A stretch of DNA of 64,000 bases from Escherichia coli (lineage in GTDB: Bacteria > Pseudomonadota > Gammaproteobacteria > Enterobacterales > Enterobacteriaceae): NCBI GenBank assembly GCA_031701365.1, contig GCA_031701365.1_4118.1; one strand, given 5' to 3'. Below, piece after piece: positions 59,481-64,000 of the stretch (positions within the stretch are counted from its first letter, which is position 1; each line of letters opens with the position of its first letter). Under the pieces are notes generated by a model, which did no database searches, was not told the DNA's origin, and saw only the letters and a program-made list of their open reading frames with translations. The position numbers and the translations under genes are program-made.

Positions 59481-60899
59481 ATGAGCATTTTAGCAATTCT
59501 TGAAAGCATTAAAAATACTAGCAGTACTCTAGGCAAAAAAGCTATTCTTGAACAAAATAAAGATAATGTAACTTTGCAAAAAGTACTGAAATATACACTC
59601 GATCCTAGTATTGTAAGTGGGTATAAAAAGCTACCAGACGCTGATAACGTGTATCAACATATGACATTGGATGAAGCTATTGATAAACTAGAATGCATCT
59701 ATAAGCGTGCATTGACGGGACATACAGGGCGTGATTTCATTGCTTCAGTACTAGGTAGTGTGAGTCCAGATGATGCTGAAGTTCTTCGTAAGATGCTTAC
59801 AAAGAACTTAGATTGTGGTATTCAAGAAAAGAACTGCAATGATGTATTTGGTAAAGGATTTATTAAAGATGAACCATATATGCGTTGTTCTTTGCTTGAT
59901 AAAAAGACTGTTAAGAACATCAACTTCAAAGGTCATGGTTATGCTGTCTCCGAGGTCAAGATGGATGGTCAGTACTTAAACCATGTAGTCATTAATGGTG
60001 CTCTTACCTCTTCCTCCCGTAATGGTAAACTATATGACTTCTTAGGTTGTCGTGATGGTGAGATGGCAGGTCTTGCACATCAAATTCAAATGAATGATGA
60101 ACGTTTTAGTAGTGGTGTCGTCTTTATGGGTGAAGGTCTAGTACTTGATAATGACGGTGAAACTATTCTTCCACGAACAACTGGTAATGGTATCATTCAG
60201 AAGGCTGGTAAAGATAGTATTAGTCAGAATGAAGCAATGCGTACTGTATTTGTACTATGGGATGTTGTTCCGTATGATGCATTCTGTGAAGGTACATGGA
60301 ATGTAAAACGTAAAGAACGTCGCGAACTTCTTGAATCTGCCATCAATGTATTGGGTAGTGATTTTGTACGTATGGTGAAATACCGTAAGGTTCAAAACAT
60401 TAAAGAAGCATTTGAGTACAATAACGAACTCATGGTTCAGGGTGAAGAAGGATCAGTACTGAAATGTGAAGATGGTATCTGGAAATCACATACATCTCCT
60501 AAGCAGTTGAAAGTAAAACTAAAAATGCAATTGGATTTGCGTATTGTTGGTTTCAACGAAGGTGAAGGTAAGCGTAAAGGTTCACTTGGTTCTTTACAAC
60601 TTGAAAGTGCATGTGGCACACTGAAGGTAAATGTAGGAACAGGTATTAAAGAGAAAGATGCAGAGTGGACGTTCAAAACCATTTGGGAACGAATGCAAGA
60701 ACTAATTGGTAAAGTCGTTACCGTTGAGTGCAATGAGATTGTAATCGACAAGCGTACAGGTGAACCATCACTATTTTTACCAGTGTTTATTGAATTTAGA
60801 TTTGACAAGAACACATGTGACGATTATACTCGTATTTTAGAAATTCGTGATAGTGCTGTTGAGGTATTCTCGAACAGTATCATTGAAGCACTTAGCTAA
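59481..60899 (+). CDS. ATP-dependent DNA ligase (T4 gp30-like)
   Basis: 472 aa. The N-terminus ILAILESIKNTSSTLGKKAILEQNKDN parallels T4 ligase. Motif I is EVKMDGQ; EGSVLK, LKVKL and a C-terminal OB region follow. Confidence 0.92.
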   Translation: MSILAILESIKNTSSTLGKKAILEQNKDNVTLQKVLKYTLDPSIVSGYKKLPDADNVYQHMTLDEAIDKLECIYKRALTGHTGRDFIASVLGSVSPDDAEVLRKMLTKNLDCGIQEKNCNDVFGKGFIKDEPYMRCSLLDKKTVKNINFKGHGYAVSEVKMDGQYLNHVVINGALTSSSRNGKLYDFLGCRDGEMAGLAHQIQMNDERFSSGVVFMGEGLVLDNDGETILPRTTGNGIIQKAGKDSISQNEAMRTVFVLWDVVPYDAFCEGTWNVKRKERRELLESAINVLGSDFVRMVKYRKVQNIKEAFEYNNELMVQGEEGSVLKCEDGIWKSHTSPKQLKVKLKMQLDLRIVGFNEGEGKRKGSLGSLQLESACGTLKVNVGTGIKEKDAEWTFKTIWERMQELIGKVVTVECNEIVIDKRTGEPSLFLPVFIEFRFDKNTCDDYTRILEIRDSAVEVFSNSIIEALS

Positions 60900-60918
60900 T
60901 CATTTATTGGAGGTAATT

Positions 60919-61710
60919 ATGAAATTTGTTGTAACATCTGACGTACACGGTGGAACTGATTACCTCCATAGCGGTGATTACAGTGATGTAGTACTGATCA
61001 TTGCTGGTGACTTTGATGAAGTTAAACGCAGTCGTTATCGTACTGGGATCGAAGAACTGTGTAAGCAGTTCTATAAGGTAGTACTGGTTCCAGGAAATCA
61101 CGAATACTACGGTTCCAATATCCAAAAGACGCATCAAGTACTATCCAATATGCAGGATGAGATTCCTAATTTTATCTTTTTGCAAAACAAATTTGTATGG
61201 CTGGATGGAGTACTGCTTGTTGGTAGTACTCTGTGGACAGACTTCGATAAAGGTAATTCTTTGACGAAGTTTGATGCTCGTCAGAAGATGAACGATTACA
61301 AACATATCCGTCATGGAACAACATCAGAGCCTTGGCGTAAGAAACTGACACCTGATGATACTGAGTTTATGCATCACAAAGATAAACAATTTATCAAAAA
61401 TTCTATTGACACAGTTCGCTTTATGCATGATAATGATTTCAAGGTCATCGTGATTACTCATCACGCACCAAGTTATCAAAGTGTTTCACCAAAATATAAA
61501 AATGATTCACTAAATGGTTGTTACTGTTCCGATATGGATCAGTACATTGAAGATTTGGGTGCTGATGTTTGGATTCATGGTCATGTTCATAGTAGCTTTG
61601 ACTACCACATTGGTAAGACACGTATCATTTGTAATCCACGAGGCTATGAATCGTATAGTGGAGCTTGTGAGAATTTTGATTACAATCCTAAATTTGTATT
61701 TGAAATTTAA
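60919..61710 (+). CDS. calcineurin-like metallophosphoesterase
   Basis: Track ORF 60847 trimmed to ATG 60919 after GGAGGT; SDVHGG, AGDFDE, GNHEYY, THHAP, HGHVH motifs. Confidence 0.85.
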   Translation: MKFVVTSDVHGGTDYLHSGDYSDVVLIIAGDFDEVKRSRYRTGIEELCKQFYKVVLVPGNHEYYGSNIQKTHQVLSNMQDEIPNFIFLQNKFVWLDGVLLVGSTLWTDFDKGNSLTKFDARQKMNDYKHIRHGTTSEPWRKKLTPDDTEFMHHKDKQFIKNSIDTVRFMHDNDFKVIVITHHAPSYQSVSPKYKNDSLNGCYCSDMDQYIEDLGADVWIHGHVHSSFDYHIGKTRIICNPRGYESYSGACENFDYNPKFVFEI

Positions 61711-61722
61711 TGTGAGGATACA

Positions 61723-62106
61723 GTGTCATTGATTTATTTTGAACTACCAGAATATACCAATTATCCAAGCCGAGTTATTTGCTCAGTTTATAGTAATGCA
61801 TATCATCACTTGTTAGTGAATAGTAATAAAGCTGTGCATTATTATCGAAATAAAGAACCACGTACATTAAAGAATCGTTATGGTTTTGACCCAACTAACA
61901 CTGAAGTTGAACTCTGTGATCTGTTTGGGGAAGTAATGGTGGTGTTGAAACGAGATATTCATCTTTTCCATACATACAAACTTAATCAGTACTTTATGGA
62001 AACACTGTCTATACGTTCCCATGCTCCGATGATTAAAGTTGATTTGAATTTTGTTGATGATAAATTGAAATATGATTTCATAAATTCACTTGTTTATTTG
62101 GAGTAA
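61723..62106 (+). CDS. hypothetical protein (127 aa)
   Basis: GTG start 4 nt after GAGGA. Confidence 0.55.
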   Translation: MSLIYFELPEYTNYPSRVICSVYSNAYHHLLVNSNKAVHYYRNKEPRTLKNRYGFDPTNTEVELCDLFGEVMVVLKRDIHLFHTYKLNQYFMETLSIRSHAPMIKVDLNFVDDKLKYDFINSLVYLE

Positions 62107-62107
62107 T

Positions 62108-62512
62108 ATGAATATACGTTCAGTACGAATATTTTCATTTGTTGATATGAATGAAAAACACTCTTATGTGTTTGAAACTGTCAATAAGTTAAATCCTCAT
62201 ACGGCAAAAATGATTGAAACCATGAAGATCTTGAGTTTGCATATAGAAGTTTACTATCTTCATGACGATTCTGTTTTTGTATATGATGATGGATGGTATG
62301 ACGGTGTGTTTTATGATGACATTAGCACTACTGCTGATTACTACTTTCTAGTGAGTAACCCACTATTCAGTACTAAAACTTTGTTTGACATTACCGATAC
62401 AAGCGTGTATGATACAAGTCATGTTGAGTTACTTAAGTTTGATCCAGTATTATTCAACAAAGAAACGGCGTATTGGATGACTGATTTCTTTTCAAATATT
62501 CCAGTAAAATAG
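62108..62512 (+). CDS. hypothetical protein (134 aa)
   Basis: Track ORF 62090 trimmed to ATG 62108 after GGAG. Confidence 0.65.
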   Translation: MNIRSVRIFSFVDMNEKHSYVFETVNKLNPHTAKMIETMKILSLHIEVYYLHDDSVFVYDDGWYDGVFYDDISTTADYYFLVSNPLFSTKTLFDITDTSVYDTSHVELLKFDPVLFNKETAYWMTDFFSNIPVK

Positions 62513-62513
62513 T

Positions 62514-62542
62514 TTGGACATTTTAAATCTTAGTGATATAAT
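62514..62542 (+). promoter_or_regulatory. extended -10 promoter upstream of clpP
   Basis: -35 TTGGAC 62514-62519, 17-nt spacer ending AGTGA, -10 TATAAT 62537-62542. Confidence 0.6.
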
Positions 62543-62576
62543 ACTCACTACAACGAAATAATAGAGGAAATTAACA

Positions 62577-63272
62577 ATGGTTGAACAATTCATGTTTGGT
62601 GGTTATGCTAATGGCGAAGTACGTAACATTTCTATTCCTTACGTAGTTGAGAAAGTTAATGGTTCAGAACGTACATATGATCTAGCATCTCGTATGATGC
62701 AAGACCGTATCATTTTCCTTGATACTGATTTCAATGATCAAATGGCACATATCATCAAACAACAATTGGTGTGGTTAGACTCACAAGGTGATTCCCCTAT
62801 TACATTCTACATTAGTTCACCAGGTGGTTCAGTACACGCAGGTTTGGGTATTGCAGACGTTGCTAAGTCTTGTATTTCCCCAATCCGCACTGTAGTTATG
62901 GGTTATGCGGCATCAATGGGTTGCTATACACAATCTGTTATTGGAACTAAAGGTTTCCGTTTAGGTGGTAAACGCTCATACTTCATGTGTCACCAAGTAA
63001 GTTCTGGTACACAAGGTCTAATTACAGACCAGAAGATTTCCCTACAACATTCTGATGCACTGAATACATTGTTGACCAAAGAAATTGCAGAAGCAGTAGG
63101 CGTATCACATGAACAATTACTAAAAGATGCTGACCGCGATTTGTGGTTAAATGCAGAAGAAGCACTTGAATATGGTGAACATGGTTTCATTGATGGTATT
63201 ATTCTTGGACCACGTAACGAAGAAGGCAAGTACTTAGTTAAGCGTCGCGGCGGTGTGGAAGAGTGGGTGTAA
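62577..63272 (+). CDS. clpP: ATP-dependent Clp protease proteolytic subunit (ClpP family)
   Basis: RIIFL...SSPGGSV...GYAASMG (Ser), MCHQVSSG (His), DRDLWLNAEEALEYG (Asp). All three catalytic residues are present. Confidence 0.9.
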   Translation: MVEQFMFGGYANGEVRNISIPYVVEKVNGSERTYDLASRMMQDRIIFLDTDFNDQMAHIIKQQLVWLDSQGDSPITFYISSPGGSVHAGLGIADVAKSCISPIRTVVMGYAASMGCYTQSVIGTKGFRLGGKRSYFMCHQVSSGTQGLITDQKISLQHSDALNTLLTKEIAEAVGVSHEQLLKDADRDLWLNAEEALEYGEHGFIDGIILGPRNEEGKYLVKRRGGVEEWV

Positions 63273-63281
63273 GATAGATTT

Positions 63282-63310
63282 TGATGCCTCAATATGGGGC
63301 ATCATCTTTG
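63282..63310 (+). terminator. terminator-like hairpin
   Basis: Stem TGATGCC/GGCATCA, 9-nt loop, then TCTTTG. Confidence 0.45.
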
Positions 63311-63320
63311 TGGAGATTAT

Positions 63321-63611
63321 ATGAAAGTACTAGTACGTAATAATACGGAAGTAGCAAATGTATTAGAAGATTCCGATTTTATTAATGTTGCGTTCGATCA
63401 AATTAGTGCAGTAGCACTTGAGTTAAAAAATGTGGATGAATCTGAGCGTGTACTAAATGGTTTTGCAATTGTACTTGAATTAATGAAAGAAGTACTAATT
63501 AAAAAGAACATTAATCCAGTTGATGCGGTTCAACATGCAGAAGCTGTGCGTAAAGAACACGGTACATTCTCTGACAAAAAATACATTCAAACTGATGAGG
63601 TAAAAGAATAA
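63321..63611 (+). CDS. hypothetical protein (96 aa)
   Basis: Track ORF 63294 crosses the hairpin; trimmed to ATG 63321 after GGAG. Confidence 0.65.
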   Translation: MKVLVRNNTEVANVLEDSDFINVAFDQISAVALELKNVDESERVLNGFAIVLELMKEVLIKKNINPVDAVQHAEAVRKEHGTFSDKKYIQTDEVKE

Positions 63612-63612
63612 T

Positions 63613-64000
63613 ATGTCCAATGCACAATATAAAGATGGTTATGACGCATACAAAGCAAAAGTAGTTCTAAGTGCTGAACAGCTAAAAATGCAGCATCCAT
63701 TATATCGTCAGGGCTATCGTGCAGCACAAGCAGAAGCAATGAAGAAAAATAATGTAACTTTCCCTACTACGCTATATGATATTCCAAAACGTCCACACAT
63801 TTTTAAAGCTGAATGGACTGATATTATGGCAGCGACAAAGCGTCCACGTTTTGCTAAATTACACACCGATGAAGGTCGCTGGTTGCTAATGGGGATTATG
63901 AAAGCAGTTGAGAATCAATCTCATAAGATTGTTCGTTATAAAGATGTTGTTGCTATGGTTGATAAAGCATTTGACCTTGTACTTCAATATGGTTATGATG
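63613..64000 (+). CDS. hypothetical protein, 3'-truncated by the window end
   Basis: Read by hand: ATG 63613 just after the upstream TAA; open for 129 codons to the window edge (MSNAQYKDGYDAYKAKVVLSAEQLKMQH...). Confidence 0.6.
   Translation, partial: MSNAQYKDGYDAYKAKVVLSAEQLKMQHPLYRQGYRAAQAEAMKKNNVTFPTTLYDIPKRPHIFKAEWTDIMAATKRPRFAKLHTDEGRWLLMGIMKAVENQSHKIVRYKDVVAMVDKAFDLVLQYGYD

Noticed and set aside
937-61732. Nested out-of-frame + strand ORFs: 937..1125, 12642..12848, 19269..19469, 20265..20510, 20753..20956, 28002..28283, 30795..30983, 38394..38609, 39450..39641, 42205..42408, 49192..49461, 52442..52645, 52673..52927, 59201..59503, 61514..61732.
   Set aside because: They are embedded within better-supported genes in another frame and have no SD. 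The host genes carry recognisable motifs (family B core, MTase, Pnk, metallophosphoesterase).
62577-63272. ClpP as the protease that would cut the family-B FQ|S motif.
   Set aside because: ClpP is a processive chamber protease without Gln-specific endoproteolytic recognition. Linking it to the motif would be unsupported.
304-63292. All minus-strand ORFs in the track, e.g. 304..576, 10016..10378, 19424..19849, 52762..53115, 60437..60814, 62990..63292.
   Set aside because: Each lies entirely antisense to a longer + strand ORF that has an SD, family motifs or enzyme homology. None has a convincing SD or promoter, and their products are low-complexity or hydrophobic, as typical for antisense frames of AT-rich genes.
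1-64000. tRNA, rRNA, tmRNA, integrase, transposase and other mobile-element signatures.
   Set aside because: I found no cloverleaf-compatible segment with a GTTCRANYC T-loop, no rRNA-like sequence and no recombinase or transposase motifs in any ORF. The window looks like a contiguous lytic-phage segment rather than an island.

Overview
The whole 64-kb window is a single-orientation (+ strand), AT-rich (about one-third G+C by eye), very gene-dense block. It reads like the early or accessory arm of a large virulent phage genome with T4-like nucleic-acid enzymes. The host is not identifiable from sequence alone, although extended -10 TRTGnTATAAT promoters and strong AGGAG ribosome-binding sites (SD) are frequent. 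I call about 158 CDS. I found no tRNA, rRNA, CRISPR array, integrase, transposase, virion gene or replisome gene.

Layout:
(i) 1-3.9 kb: a protein-kinase-fold gene, then six near-identical cassettes of sigma70-type promoter + GC-rich 5'UTR hairpin + SD + small ORF.
(ii) 4.2-9.6 kb: 25 back-to-back, translationally coupled ~70-aa paralogs sharing L-G-T-N-Y-Q (family A; 29 copies in the window).
(iii) 9.6-37.4 kb, with outliers to 49.7 kb: about 55 paralogs of 100-200 aa sharing the core E-E-x-[Y/L]-F-Q-x-S-[T/L]-[V/I]-[Y/W/H]-D (family B). This core closely resembles TEV/3C-type protease cleavage sites.
(iv) 37.4-44.4 kb: a mixed region with a K/R-rich mini-ORF whose 3' end lies in a terminator hairpin, a ~0.5-kb ORF-free hairpin-rich region (candidate ncRNA), a Dam-type N6-adenine methyltransferase, an NMNAT-like nucleotidyltransferase and a poly-Asp-tailed acidic protein.
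(v) 44.4-57.6 kb: about 20 copies of a third ~90-aa paralog family (family C), interspersed with T4-like RNA ligase 1, polynucleotide kinase/phosphatase and a lambda-type Ser/Thr phosphatase.
(vi) 57.6-64 kb: a DnaJ-type zinc-finger mini-protein, a PTH2-like protein, a T4-like ATP-dependent DNA ligase, a metallophosphoesterase and a ClpP protease with an intact triad.

One signal runs across the whole window. The palindrome AGTACT (GTAC core) occurs about once per 100-150 bp in the stretches I counted, in all reading frames and in promoters, against about once per 3 kb expected from base composition.

The three paralog arrays, the protease-site-like family-B motif and the AGTACT excess are the main candidates for undescribed biology. 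All functional readings of them are inference.
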